This document shows positions 11,217 through 24,240 of a stretch of DNA of 64,000 nucleotides, piece by piece. This DNA comes from Macrostomum lignano (lineage: Eukaryota). The notes under the pieces were generated by a model. That model did no database searches. It saw nothing but the letters and a program-made list of their open reading frames with translations, and was not told the DNA's origin. The stretch is taken from contig NIVC01000943.1 of the NCBI GenBank assembly GCA_002269645.1, forward strand, positions 1 through 64,000. The letters run 5' to 3'. The translations under genes and the position numbers were made by a program. The number at the start of each line of letters is the position of its first letter. Positions within the stretch are counted from its first letter, which is position 1.

Positions 11217-14200
11217 ATGCAAGAAAGAAAACGAACTATTTTAATAGGTGTAGCTGGAGGCAGCTCATCTGGAAAGGTAAAAATCACTTTTCTTGTTTTA
11301 AAAAATAAAAAAATATTTCTACTGGAATGACAGCTGAAATGGTAAGGTCTGGAGTGCATTAAGGACAAAACAAGGTCATTGCTAGGCCTCTATGCTGACT
11401 AGTGACTACATGCATATACAACAACAACAACAACAAAATACGCTGTCATGATGGTAAAAGTCAGCGTCACAGGGCGCGCTTCATGGCTTGGGCGCGAACA
11501 AAGGCCGCGCCACCGGCAGTGTCCGGGGCGCCGGCATCAGCCAGCAGACAGTCGACATAACGCCGAGTTCGCGCTTGACCTCGCCGGTAGGGTGCCTGCA
11601 GCGTGAGCAGCAGCACCTCCTGCACCGGCTGTGGGCAGTACGACTCGGCGCGGATGAGATGGCCTGCGAGCTGGAGTCGCCGACGGGGCAGTAGATCACT
11701 TGGACGTGGCAGGCCAGCGCGGCGATAGAGTGCCGCGTTGGTAACTCGCTCGACGCCGATGTTGAAGGCGGCGCGTAGCAGACCAGCGTGCGCCGCATCG
11801 ACTTGCTGTTCGAGTGAGTCCGTCAGCGTCCAGGTCTTGGCGTTGTACAGCAGGACGGTCTCGATTACCGCCTGGAACAGCGCCGCCCTCTGGCGGTCCG
11901 GTAGGGCCTCGGACTGCAGGACTGCCCTCACAGAACGAAAGGCAGCCCAGGCAAGCCCGCGGCGGCGTCGCAGGTCCTCGCGAGCGTCTGGAACCAGACC
12001 GCCGAGGTAGACGAACTGCTGACATCGCGGGAGTTCGGTCGCCTGCCCGTCAGCGCCTCGGCAAAATATTGCAGCCTCGATGTCATCCGGCATGCAGAGC
12101 ACAACGGTCTTCTGCGTGTTGACCACCAGGCCGACACTCGCTGCAACGGCAACCAGCCTGTCCAGCTGCCGTTGGGCGCCCTTGACGGTCGAGGACAGCA
12201 GGGCGAGGTCGTCGGCGTAGCCAAGCACGCTGAGCCGCTTCTCCGGTTGACGTCGACCCACGCGTCGCTGCAGCAGAAAACCGTCGTCGTCGGTAGGAAG
12301 AGCAGTCCGCAGCACCCAGTCAAGCACCAGGACGAACAGGAACGGCGCCAGCGTATCTCCCTGAAGCACTCCGGAGGATGTCTCAAAGGAGTCCGATAGG
12401 CCGTCCGGTGTTGTCACAGCAGCTGTCGTATCACGGTACATCGCCATGATGGCGGAGATCAGCTGCTCAGGCACGTTGTACGCGCGGAGCACCATTGGAA
12501 GCACGGCTCTGACAACCGAGTCGAATGCCTTCTTGAAATCAATAAAGATTAACATGCATATGTATATGCTATTGCTACCCCTATGCATCTGTCAAAGCTT
12601 ATCAATATGCACTTTGCACATTCAATGGCTGATAATAGAATGGCCACATCCAGGAAGATAGCCTGTATATACTCAAATTAATATTAGTAACCCAAATTTG
12701 TTTTAGGGCCTATACTAGGGCCTAGTCCAAGACCAATGTATGCCAATTTTTTTCATCCCATTATAAGCAATAATGGGCATTCTCAAATCATTCATTCAAC
12801 TCTCTTTTCAATATAACAATTATAAATCAGTATATAAATATACAAATATCTCAATTGACATAGCATAAATATACTTAGGAGCAAAGTGTCTCCAGGGTCT
12901 AGATTGTGTAGTCCATTTTGCGGATGGTGGGGTGTATGCTGGAAAATTCCGGTGTACACTTGATTTCTGTGGCGTACACCAGCGTACATTTCTTGGCTGT
13001 GTACAGTGTGGCATACAGTGTGGTATATGGGGACTGGCGTAAAAATTAATATAAAGAATTTTTGTGCTTTTTCTATGTTAAGTTATTTCAAAAACCATTT
13101 TTTCTGACAAGTATAACTTTGGCCGTCAACTTTTCCATCAACTTTTCTGTTAACTTTTCCGTTAACTATTCCGTCAACTATTCTGTCAACTTTTTGTGTT
13201 AGTAGAATAAATAACTTCCGTTAACTATTCCGTCAACTTTTCCGTCAACTTTTCCATCAACTTTTCCGTTAACTTTTCCGTTAACTATTCCGTCAAGTAT
13301 TCCGATAAATTCTTCCGTTAACTCTTCCGTCAACATTTCCGTTTACTATTCCATTAACTTTTCCACCAAATATCTCATCACTTTTCCATTAACTATTTCA
13401 TCAACATTTATGCAAGTCCGTAAAATATATTCTATCAAATTTTTTGTGTACTCTGAATGGAAAGTGTTAATTTTTTGCATAAGTGCAGTTTCCGTAGCAA
13501 TTTTTATACTGCTTTAAATTTGTTGAGTATATACACATGTACACGTATAAATTAGAAATAAAAAAAACACGCAAAAATTTCCAGCGCAACATGTTCCAGA
13601 ATTTAATTGGTATTGCTGCACTACCTGCACTATAACATCTGCACTTGTTCATTGATTTATCTTTGTGAAATAAAGCGCTGGTACTAGGGAAAATGGAAAA
13701 GATGTACGTTGTTACTAACACAGGCTTGTTTTTTCATTGATATATATAAGCATGCAAACACAATAAATGATCAAAGAGCTACTCGCATGATGATCCTATT
13801 TGAGAAAGTCACATATGTTTTTTCAGAACAATAAATTGTTGACGGAAAATTTGACGGAATACTTGACGGAAAAGTTGACGGAAAAGTTAACGGAAAAGTT
13901 GACGGAAAAGTTAACAGAAAAGTTAACGAAAAAGTTGATGGAAAAGTTAACGGGAAAGTTGACAGAAAAGTTGACGGCCAAAGTTATACTCGTTTTTTCT
14001 GCTACTATTTTCTCATTTACCAATCATTTTAATTATCAGAATTGTCACGACAATCGTCATATTGTTATCAATTTTTTGTAGTTTAAATTTAAATTTAAAT
14101 ATTTGTTGATTTTTTTACTGTTTTTTAAGTTGGCGCACATTTAAAATCTGTTGGCGTACAATTGAAAATTCAATAAAAATGTGTCTGGCATACACAGAAA

Positions 14201-17200
14201 ACCTTTCGCAATATGGTGTGTAATAGTATACACCAGAAAAAGAATCTTATCTCAGCTAAATGTATAACAGTATACACCAAAAGCAAAAAAATTCCTTAAA
14301 ATGTATATCAAAAAGTCCTCCTAAAAAAGGTCATTCAGTTTTCACAAGTATGTTTCCTAAGAAAGGCTTTTATATGAAAAGTCTTAAAATATTACAGATA
14401 TTTTCATTTTAAACCAACTTAAATTAAACCTACAGAAAAAATATTGCAAAATTTATTTTCTTAGCAATCATTTATACTAACTTTATTTATTGTTAATTTT
14501 AAAAGCTAAGTTTATTACTGACTTTCTAGACTATACAAATTTTCATTTATTTTATATAAAAATATTAATTTACATTACAATTTTTATGCACAGCATGAAT
14601 TTATTAACCAAAATTGGTATGCCAAAAAATTAGTATCAATTTGTGCTGAAATTGGTATGCCAAAAAATTGCATGAATTTGTATGCCAACTTTGAAAAGGG
14701 TCAGTTGTACGCCAGAATTTTCTGGCATATATGTAGGCCTAACCTTCTGGAGTCTAGGAGTGTCTATAATATGTAATTAATAATCATTGCTTCCCTCCAT
14801 TAAAAAGCCAACAAAAATAGATTAGCATAAAGTTTTTTAGTAAACTTTATTTAGCTTCCAATTGTACAAAAAGCAATGTAAACAAGGTTTGATAGGAAAA
14901 AGACCATATTCAACCTATGCAATACTGTAGAACTAGTTGCCTATGGTTGCTAAGTATTAGCAAAATAGATAACAATGCTTTTACTATATCCAAATGCATA
15001 AAGCCTTCTGCAGCTTAGTCAAATACTCAAGAATGTAGCCTGTATGCTAAAACTTTTTGGCATGCATTTGCTTAGATATACTTTGCCTAGTATTTATTTA
15101 AGATAGAAATAAATATATTAGTTTATAAAAATTAATTTTCTATTTTAATGACCTTTTAGTTAAGGTTAGATAGAATTGAAGTCATCAGGTAGAATTGATT
15201 AGGAAAGATTAATTAGAAAGAAATATTAGATTAGAAATAAATTAGAAAGATTAGGAATCTTTTTCTTGGGTTTGGGTATAGGATTTAGGAATCAAGATTT
15301 AGGTCTTTTGTCTTAATGTGTTATAATTTGTAAGTCTAAGTATAGTTATAAGACATAATATGATAAACAAAAAAAATTAGCTATTAAAGTACTAATAGGC
15401 ATAACTGGGCTTAGGCTAAAATTAAAGTAGCAATGTAAGATAAAAGAGGATAAGTAACAGATGTTAAAAATGTTGAACAATATCAAGATTGAAAGATAAA
15501 ACATAATAGAGTAGTTGCAAAGTTTTGTAACAAATGAAATAACTTGATGTATAACAATTACAAGTTAAAACAAAATGCATTCAATCAACTGAATCAAGTA
15601 ATCACAAATTCTACAAATTTTGAATCCAAAGGCCTATTCCTGATTCCCATTTTTAGGATTGGGACTAGCAATCTACGCCCCCCGTTGGGGAGCCAAAGAA
15701 ATGCAATACACGTTTTTTTAATAAGCTACATGTATCCTTGAAATCTTAAAAAATCTCCTGTCAAACCTTGTAAGCCTTGACATGTCAGTTATCCCCCCCA
15801 CAAGCTTTAACATATCAACTTCCCCCCTTGACATCTCAGCAATGCCCCCAATAAGCCTTGGAAATCTAAAAATATCTGTCAACCTTATAACCCTAACCCT
15901 AGCCTAACCCTAACCCTAACCCTAACCCTAACCTAACCCTAAAGCATTGAAATTTCAGTAATTCTCCCTAAGAGTCATTATAGCACTACTACAGCATTAT
16001 AGCGATTCCTTGCAAGCCTCAACATCGTAGGGATTCCCAAATGAATCTCTTAACTTCGACATGAAGCTTCTTTTATTTTTTACATTACGCTTTTTTATCA
16101 GCGATCCCTCCCCTGAGGAGGCATCAAATAATGTAATAAAAAGTTTTCAATAAACTACATGTAGCTTCTGACTTTAGCCTTGAAATCTCATTTATACCCC
16201 CGTGAGCCTTGACATCTCAGCTATTCCCCCGTAAGCCTTGACATGTCAGCAATGGCCCCCATAAACCTTGAAATCTAAAAAATCCCCTGTTAACCTTGAA
16301 ACCCAATAAAATATAACCCTCAACCCACACCTGACCTAAACCTAACTTTAACCCAACCTAAAGCCTTGAAATCTCAGCAATTCTTCTCCCCTAAGCCTTA
16401 ACATTTTAGTGATTCTTTCTTTAAGAATCACAGCACTATAACGATTTCCACCAAGCTTTGACATCGTAGCAATTCCCAAATGAATCTTTTAACTTCGACA
16501 TGACTTTTCTTTTATGTATACATAGTGCTACTTTTATTTTTTACATGACTTTTCTTCTATCAGCGCCCCCCCCCGTGACGAGCCAACAAAGAATGCAATA
16601 AAAAAATGGAGTAAAGTGCATGAACTTTGAAGTAGCTTCTGACTTTTGCTTTGACATCTCAGAACCCCCCCCCCCGTAATCTCAGTTATTCTCTGAGAGC
16701 CTTGACGTCTCAGTTTTTCTCCCCAGCACAGCATTATAGTTGCATTTAATTTTTACATGAACCCTTCATGTCTGACATGACGTTTCTTTTATTCTACCGT
16801 GACGCTTCCTAATTTTTTAAATGACACTTTCATTAGTTTTTAAATGAGGCTTCTATGATTTTTTCTTGACGCTTCTATGATTTTTTACATGACGCTTCTA
16901 TGATTGTTTACACGACGCTTCTATGATTTTTATATGACGTTTCTATGATTGTTTACATGACGCTTCTATGATTGTTTACATGACGCTTCTATGATTGTTT
17001 ACAGTACGCTTCTATGATTTTTTCTTGACGCTTCTATGATTTTTACATGACGCTTCTATGATTTTTTACATGACGCTTCTATGATTGTTTACATGACGCT
17101 TCTATGATTGTTTACATGACGCTTCTATGATTTTTTACATGACGCTTCTATGATTTTTTACATGACGCTTCTATGATTGTTTACATGACGCTTCTATGAT

Positions 17201-20200
17201 TTTTATATGACGTTTCTATGATTGTTTACATGACGCTTCTATGATTGTTTACATGACGCTTCTATGATTGTTTACAGTACGCTTCTATGATTTTTTACAT
17301 GACGCTTCTATGATTGTTTACATGACGCTTCTATGATTGTTTACATGACGCTTCTATGATTTTTTACATGACGCTTCTATGATTTTTTACATGACGCTTC
17401 TATGATTGTTTGCATGACGCTTCTATGATTGTTTACATGACGCTTCTATGATTGTTTACATGACGCCTCTACGATTTTTTACATGACGCTTCTATGATTG
17501 TTTACATGACGCTTCTATGATTGTTTACATGACGCTTCTATGATTGTTTACATGACGCTTCTAAGATTTTTTACATGACGCTTCTATGATTGTTTACATG
17601 ACGCTTTTATGACTTTTTACATGACGCTTCTAAGATTTTTTACATGACGCTTCTAAGATTTTTTACATGACGCTTCTACGACTTTTTACATGACGCTTCT
17701 ATGATTTTTTACATGACGCTTCTATGATTTTTTACATGACGCTTCTATGATTGTTTACATGACGCTTCTATGATTGTTTCGTGACGCTTCTATGATTGTT
17801 TACATTACGTTTCTATGATTGTTTACATGACGCTTCTATGATTGTTTACATGACGCTTCTATGATTTTTTACATGACGCTTCTAGGATTGTTTACATGAC
17901 GCTTCTATGATTGTTTACATGACGCTTCTATGATTGTTTACATGACGCTTCTATGATTGTTTACATGACGCTTTTATGATTTTTACATGACGCTTCTATG
18001 ATTGCTTCATGACGCTTCTATGATTTTTACATGACGCTTCTATGATTTTTACATGACGCTTCTATGATTGTTTACATGACGCTTCTATGATTGTTTCGTG
18101 ACGCTTCTATGATTGTTTACATTACGTTTCTATGATTGTTTACATTACGTTTCTATGATTGTTTACATGACGCTTCTATGATTGTTTACATGACGCTTCT
18201 ATGATTGTTTACATGACGCTTCTATGATTGTTTACATGACGCTTCTATGATTTTTTAAAAATGACGCTTCTATGATTGTTTACATGACGCTTCTATGACT
18301 GTTTACACAACGCTTCTATGATTTTTTAAAAATGACGCTTCTATGATTTTTATATAACGCTTCTACGATTTTTTACATGGCGCTTCTATGATTTTTTAAA
18401 TGACGCTTCTATGATTGTTTACATGACGCTTCTATGATTGTTTACATGACGCTTCTATGATTTTTTACATGACGCTTCTATGATTTTTTACATGACGCTT
18501 CTATGATTGTTTACATGACACTTCTATGATTTTTTACATGACGCTTCTATGATTTTTATATGACGCTTCTATGATTTTTTACATGATGCTTCTTTTTAAA
18601 AAGTCTTTTAGTTTTCCTGACGTTGAAAAGCTTTAATTAAAAAAATTGTACTCTATGAAAATTCGAACCATCGTCGCTGCATTTGGCAGTTCAGTTTGTT
18701 CACCTCTAGGCTAGCTCTCATCGTTTTGATAACATCAAATTTTGCACTTATATAATTCAACACTTTAAAATCCAAGCATAGAGTAAATCACACGAAGCAG
18801 TTATGACATAATCAGTTTCTCAGTCAGTCAGTATCAGTTAACAATATGGTTACGCAATTTAAATCAAGTCTGGTGCTACGCTTCCACACTGTATTTTCAA
18901 TTCAAGTCGGAGGTACAATTCAGTTATGATGCAATCTATTTCAGAATCAGAATTCAACCAGTCAGTTTTTTCTCTAGCATTCTTACAATGCATTTCAAGT
19001 CGAAAGAGCTGCTTGACCTTTGCAAGAAAGCATGTTTTTCGAATATTTAATGCCTTTAGCATCGAGCAATTTCTTAGCCACGATGCATGTACAGTCACGG
19101 GAAAATTTCTGATCGAACAGTGCAAGTTCGAACAAAATCGGTCCAGCCATTTTTTCTCTAATCGATTACAAGCAAGCAAGATTTTCATTTTTAGTATATT
19201 GGATGGGATCCCAATCTTGCAGTAATCCAACTTTCCATGCAATCCTAAGACTGCAATTAGGATCAGGATCTTGTGTAACATCTATTTTTTAGTAAACATC
19301 CATTCAAATAAAGGGAACTTTGTAAAGTAAGCATAAAAGAAGAGTATAATAATTGCATATTATCTACTCTAGATCAAAATTACTACCTGCCCTTTCATGT
19401 CAAATCTATTGTACTTGAGGTGGCCTGTCTGTGTGCTTCACCCATTCCTCAGATAAACTAAATTCAGTTCTCATCTCACCCTTTCAAGGAATGACACCCT
19501 TGAAACCAACCACTCGTTTTTTTTCAGATTTTATCATGGCAACCCACAAATCAAACACCATTTTTCTACATTTTAGACTTCAGTCTGCGAGCAGATCATG
19601 AAGCAGATTTCCGAGGTGGAGTCGCAGCAGAACCGAGTGGATGTGATCAGCATGAGCTCATTTTACCGCGAGCTGACCAGCGAGGAGCAGCTGAAAGCCA
19701 AGGAGGGCCTTTTTGACTTCGATCATCCTGGTGAGACTCTTGAAGCTGCGAATTTCACTGCTAATTTGCTTCAATTTGCATGCTAGTTTAGTTTAAAACT
19801 ACTAAGACCTGAAATTAACATGAGTAGTATTTCGTTAACATTACAGACGCATTCGACTTTGACCAGCTGCACCAGACTCTCAGCGATGTCCGCTCGGGCA
19901 AGACCGTCTCTGTGCCGCTGTACAACAAGGCCGCCAACCAGCAGGACCCAGCCAAGCAGAAGGATTTGGCGCTGGTTGACGTGCTGCTGGTTGAGGGCAT
20001 CCTGCTGTTCTACTGCTCAAAGGTGCGCTGTGGCTGCTGGGCAGACATAGACAGACACAGACAGGCAGGCAGGCAGGCAGGCAGACAGACAGGCAGGCAG
20101 GCAGGCAGGCAGACAGACAGACAGGCAGGCAGGCAGACACAAACAGACGGACAGACAGACTGACAGATAGACAGACAGACAGACAGACAGACAGGCAGAC

Positions 20201-21512
20201 ACTAAGACAGACAGACAGACACTAAGACAGACAGACAGGCAGACAGACACAGACAGACTGACAGACAGACACAGACAGACAGAAAGACAGACAGACACTA
20301 AGACAGACAGACAGACACTAAGACAGACAGACAGGCAGACAGACACTAAGACAGACAGACACAGACTGACAGACAGACACAGACAAACAGAAAGACAGAC
20401 ACAGACAAACAGAAAGACAGACTTTAACTCAGAAAAAGTTATTTTCCATATTAATTTAAGTGACACTACGCAGACAAACTACTGAAAAAGTAGACGCTCT
20501 GCTTTTTATTAGCTTTAATCGTGATTGGCACATCTGATTACTCGAGCATATAGTTTCCCTTTGCATTTATTGTACACCTGCTTAGGTTAATGTTGAAGCT
20601 TCACCATCGCCAACTGCAACTCCGCTTGTTAGGTTCGCGATCTGCTGGACGTGAAACTGTTTGTTGACTGCGACTCCGACACTCGACTGGCCCGAAGAGT
20701 CCGAACCGACCTGAATCAGGGCAGGTAATGGCAGGGTCCGCGCTATTTTCGTTGATGTTATAAATTTGCTACCGTCACGTGTTAATAGCTAGCAGGCTTA
20801 GAGCGGTGACCTGCGCGTGTACTCCCACAACGGCCTTAATGTGTACACCAAACACCACATAGGATAGTGACCTTAATGTGTTCACCTAACACCACACAGG
20901 ATAGTGGCAATGTGTTCACCTAAAACACAGGGTAGTGACCTTCATGTGTACACCGAACAGCACATGGGCAGTAACCTTCATTTGTACACCGAAAACCATG
21001 GGCAGTGACCTTCATTTTTACTCCGGGCCGAACACACTTGGTCAGTGATTTTCATTTTTACACAAAAAACAACGGGCAATTGACCTTCATTTGTACACCG
21101 AACAGCACATAGAATAGTAGAAGACTTCATGAGTACAACAAACAGCACATTGGGCAGTGATCTTCATGTGTACACCAACGCTACAAGGGCAGTGACCTTC
21201 ATGTGTACCCTCTACCGTCGCAGAGACCTGGAGACGGTACTGCAGAGCTACACCAGATTCGTGAAGCCGGCCTTCGAAGAGTTTTGCCAGCCAACTAAAA
21301 AGTACGCGGACCTCATACTGCCCCGCGGCGCGGACAACTCAGTCGCCGTGGACATCATGGCGTTGCACGTCCGCGACTGTGTCCAAGGCGCTGGCGCCTC
21401 CGGACAGCCGGGAGGGCTCGGCGGCGGCGGACAGCCCGGCCGGAGACAGCGCTCGCTTCAGCGGCACCTGTCCGAGTCAACGAACAAGCTGCAAGCGGCC
21501 CGGCCGCACTGA
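11217..21512 (+). CDS. UCK: Uridine-cytidine kinase-like protein. Exons: (11190)11217-11276, 19577-19730, 19847-20022, 20633-20724, 21224-21512
   Basis: P-loop [13 protein letters not shown]|[14 protein letters not shown]|[55 protein letters not shown]. Phases are consistent (0,1,0,2). The exon may extend 5' to the acceptor at 11189. Confidence 0.92.
11418..12551 (-). mobile_element. 5'-truncated RTE-like non-LTR retrotransposon (RT C-terminal half) inserted antisense in UCK intron 1
   Basis: Open frame with [32 protein letters not shown] and GLVVNTQKT. It has a (TTG)n 3' tail and a 10-bp TSD ACATGCATAT at 11408-11417 and 12552-12561. The element is GC-rich within AT-rich flanks. Confidence 0.92.
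13107..13980. repeat. Two oppositely oriented arrays of a ~12-bp unit (AACTTTTCCGTC at 13107-13420; GACGGAAAAGTT at 13840-13980)
   Basis: The second array is the reverse complement of the first. Confidence 0.8.
15888..15942. repeat. Interstitial telomere-type repeat (CCCTAA)n inside Helitron A
   Basis: TAACCCTAACCCTAGCCTAACCCTAACCCTAACCCTAACCCTAACCTAACCCTAA; a degenerate paralog lies at ~16314-16361. Confidence 0.85.
16790..18595. repeat. ~22-23-bp satellite ACATGACGCTTCTATGATTGTTT, internal cargo of Helitron A
   Basis: Tandem units visible directly. Confidence 0.95.
18650..18718 (-). other. tRNA-like module (A box, anticodon-like loop, B box) in Helitron A
   Basis: TAGCCTAGAGGTG...CTGAA-CTGCCAA-ATGCAG...GGTTCGAAT, followed by a T run. 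Confidence 0.5.
20050..20422. repeat. (GACA/GGCA)n microsatellite in a UCK intron
   Basis: Visible directly. Confidence 0.95.
20860..21205. repeat. Degenerate ~30-bp repeat (GGGCAGTGACCTTCATGTGTACACC...) in the last UCK intron
   Basis: The motif GTGACCTTCAT(G/T)TGTACAC recurs up to the acceptor. Confidence 0.7.
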
Positions 21513-21937
21513 CCGTGACCTGACTTGACCTCACGCGGCAATGTACAGAGTCAGAGTCTGAACATGCTTTGCTAAGTTTAGCCAAGGATTCGACCCGTCA
21601 GCAATGTTCTGAAAAAAATTTGAAGGCTCAAATCTCGTTCACAATGCACGAAAGCGAGACAAGAAAATTCAGTTTTTTATGCCGTGACCTGCACATTAAG
21701 TATGTGTGTGTTTTGAGGCACATGTACCAGTTTGACAAATTATATCGACTAAACTAGGATAAGCAGATATGTCACCCGATTGGAGATGTGAAAAGCAGAG
21801 CGTATACCCATTTCTTTTCAGTAGTTTGTCTGATCTGTGTCACTCAAATTTAATGTGGTAGCTAAAATTTCCTTTCCTTCCTTGGGGTTTGGTGGCCTTA
21901 GAAGCATACGGGGTTAAGATTGAACAACAAGCATTTA

Positions 21938-22348
21938 AGTTAGACGGACGAGACTCAGCCTAGAGAGGGGCAGGCCCAATCTGGCTCAGCCAATGAGAGA
22001 GCAGTAAGCAGAGAGGTCAAAGTCAGACGGACGAAACTCAGTCTAGGGGGCAGGCCCAATCTGGCTCAGCCAATGAGAGAGCAGTAAGGAGAGAGGTCAA
22101 AGTCAGACGGACGAAACTCAGTCTAGGGGGCAGGCCCAATCTGGCTCAGCCAATGAGAGAGCAGTAAGGAGAGAGGTCAAAGTCAGACGGACGAAACTCA
22201 GTCTAGGGGGCAGGCCCAATCTGGCTCAGCCAATGAGAGAGCAGTAAGGAGAGAGGTCAAAGTCAGACGGACGAAACTCAGTCTAGGGGGCAGGCCCAAT
22301 CTGGCTCAGCCAATGAGAGAGCAGTAAGGAGAGAAGTCGAAGTCAGAC
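21938..22348. repeat. 80-bp tandem repeat, 5 copies, with two CCAAT motifs per unit
   Basis: Units start at 21938 (variant), 22021, 22101, 22181 and 22261. Confidence 0.95.
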
Positions 22349-23279
22349 ACAAGCGGGCAAGAGGAAAGCCAAACTGTTTATCGACTGGCTGAGTGCCAGT
22401 TTAAAAAAATTCTTTTTACATAATTTCGAGTCTGAGACAGTTTGGAGTCGGTAACAGGATGAAGATACTAATTTAATTGGTCTGATTTTGGAAAGCTAGA
22501 GGTGTTTTTTAGAGCTTATAAACGGTAAATGTCTTGAAAATTTTAATGGGTTTTCATTCATACTATTGTAAAGACAAACAACGCCAATTATGCTATTGAA
22601 AATAGACTAAGAAGTAGAGAAGGAAATTTTTGCTAGTTACATATCTACTTATTCTGGCATCTAATTTTGCCGCGATATTCGGGCCTTCAATTGAATTTGA
22701 ATGTTTCTGCGGTGCTGCGCGTCCTTGGATTTCATAGTTTTCTCGGCTTTGCAAAAATGTCTTATGAGAGTCATCGGGTTTTACAGATGCCATTCTGTAG
22801 CGGATTTTTCAGAAATGGATTCGCAATGTATGCATATTCATAGCGGGCCGCTGGGCCCTCAAAAAATGTTTTTTTAAGCTCAGCTTGCTGACGTTATCTG
22901 ATTATAAGTAGCAGATTTGTCTATAGTGAAATAGAAATTGTGGTTTATCTTGTAGCTTATTAAAATTTGTTGTTTTACGAGTACTGAACTGCTTAAGCAG
23001 CATATACTAATTACAGGATTAAACGCACTTGGCTCTAATATAATAGCTTTATTAAAAAAATTCGAACTGAATAGTCATGCCTTTGTATTGCTTTTTTTAT
23101 AGTGTTCTGTTGTATGGAAGACGCTGGAGATAGCAGAGAGGTTTCTGAAGACTTAACGACCGAATTGGGCCTTTACGTCGTGGAAGCAATTTGCATAACC
23201 TTTTTGAACTTCGAAGAGCTTATGAAGCTTTTATGTATGCTCTTGATCTAGGGGTTTCCAAAAGGCTATTGGCATAAGG

Positions 23280-24240
23280 CGATTGTCAAATCGTTAAACA
23301 ATTGTCAGGCGATTGTCAAACAATGGTCAGGCGATTGTCAAACAATGGTCAGGCGAGTGTCAAACAATAGTCAGGCAATTGTCAAACAATTGTCAGGCGA
23401 GTGTCAAACAATGGTCAGGCAATTGTCAAACAATTGTCAGGCGAGTGTCAACAATGGTCAGGCAATTGTCAAACAATTGTCAGGCGAGTGTCAAACAATG
23501 GTCAGGCAATTGTCAAACAATTGTCAGGCGAGTGTCAAACAATTGTCAGGCGATTGTCAAACAATGGTCAGGCGAGTGTCAAACAATGGTCAGGCGAGTG
23601 TCAACAATGGTCAGGCAATTGTCAAACAATGGTCAGGCGAGTGTCAAACAATGGTCAGGCAATTGTCAAACAATGGTCAGACGAGTGTCAAACAATGGTC
23701 AGGCGAGTGTCAAACAATGGTCAGGCGAGTGTCAAACAATGGTCAGGCGAGTGTCAAACAATTGTCAGGCGATTGTTAAACAATTGTCAGGCGATTGTCA
23801 AACAATGGTCAGGCAATTGTTAAACAATGGTCAGGCGAGTGTCAAACAATGGTCAGGCGAGTGTCAAACAATGGTCAGGCGATTGTTAAACAATTGTCAG
23901 GCGAGTGTCAAACAATGGTCAGGCAATTGTCAAACAATGGTCAGGCAATTGTCAAACAATGGTCAGGCAATTGTCAAACAATGGTCAGGTGATTGTCAAA
24001 CAATGGTCAGGTGATTGTCAAACAATGGTCAGGTGATTGTCAAACAATGGTCAGATTGTCAAAAAATGGTCAGGTGATTGTCAAACAATTGTCACGAGAT
24101 TGTCAAACAATTGTCAAGCGATTGTCAAAAAATTGTCAGGAGATTGTCAAACAATTGTCACGAGATTGTCAAACAATTGTCACGAGATTGTCAAACAATT
24201 GTCAGGCGATTGTCAAACAATTGTCAGGCGATTGTCAAAC
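23280..24240. repeat. 20-bp minisatellite GTCAAACAATGGTCAGGCGA variants
   Basis: Visible directly; explains seven ORFs in the track. Confidence 0.95.

Larger units (their letters stand above)
15665..19203 (-). mobile_element. Non-autonomous Helitron-like element, copy A (in UCK intron 1)
   Basis: On the minus strand it starts A|TCCAATATACTAAAAATG (19203) and ends with a C/G-run hairpin followed by CTAG|T (15665). No TSD. Its ~400-bp 5' arm is shared with copies B and C. Confidence 0.8.

Noticed and set aside
18859-19281. ORFs in the shared Helitron 5' arm (also 29024..29286 and 32038..32332)
   Set aside because: The frames and stops are not conserved between copies and there are no Rep/helicase motifs. 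It is a non-coding arm.
21938-22348. CRISPR-like repeat array
   Set aside because: The units are contiguous with no unique spacers, there are no cas genes, and the context is eukaryotic.
23114-23277. Short open frames upstream of the 23.3-kb satellite
   Set aside because: No recognisable motif, no phase-consistent partner exons and no codon bias.
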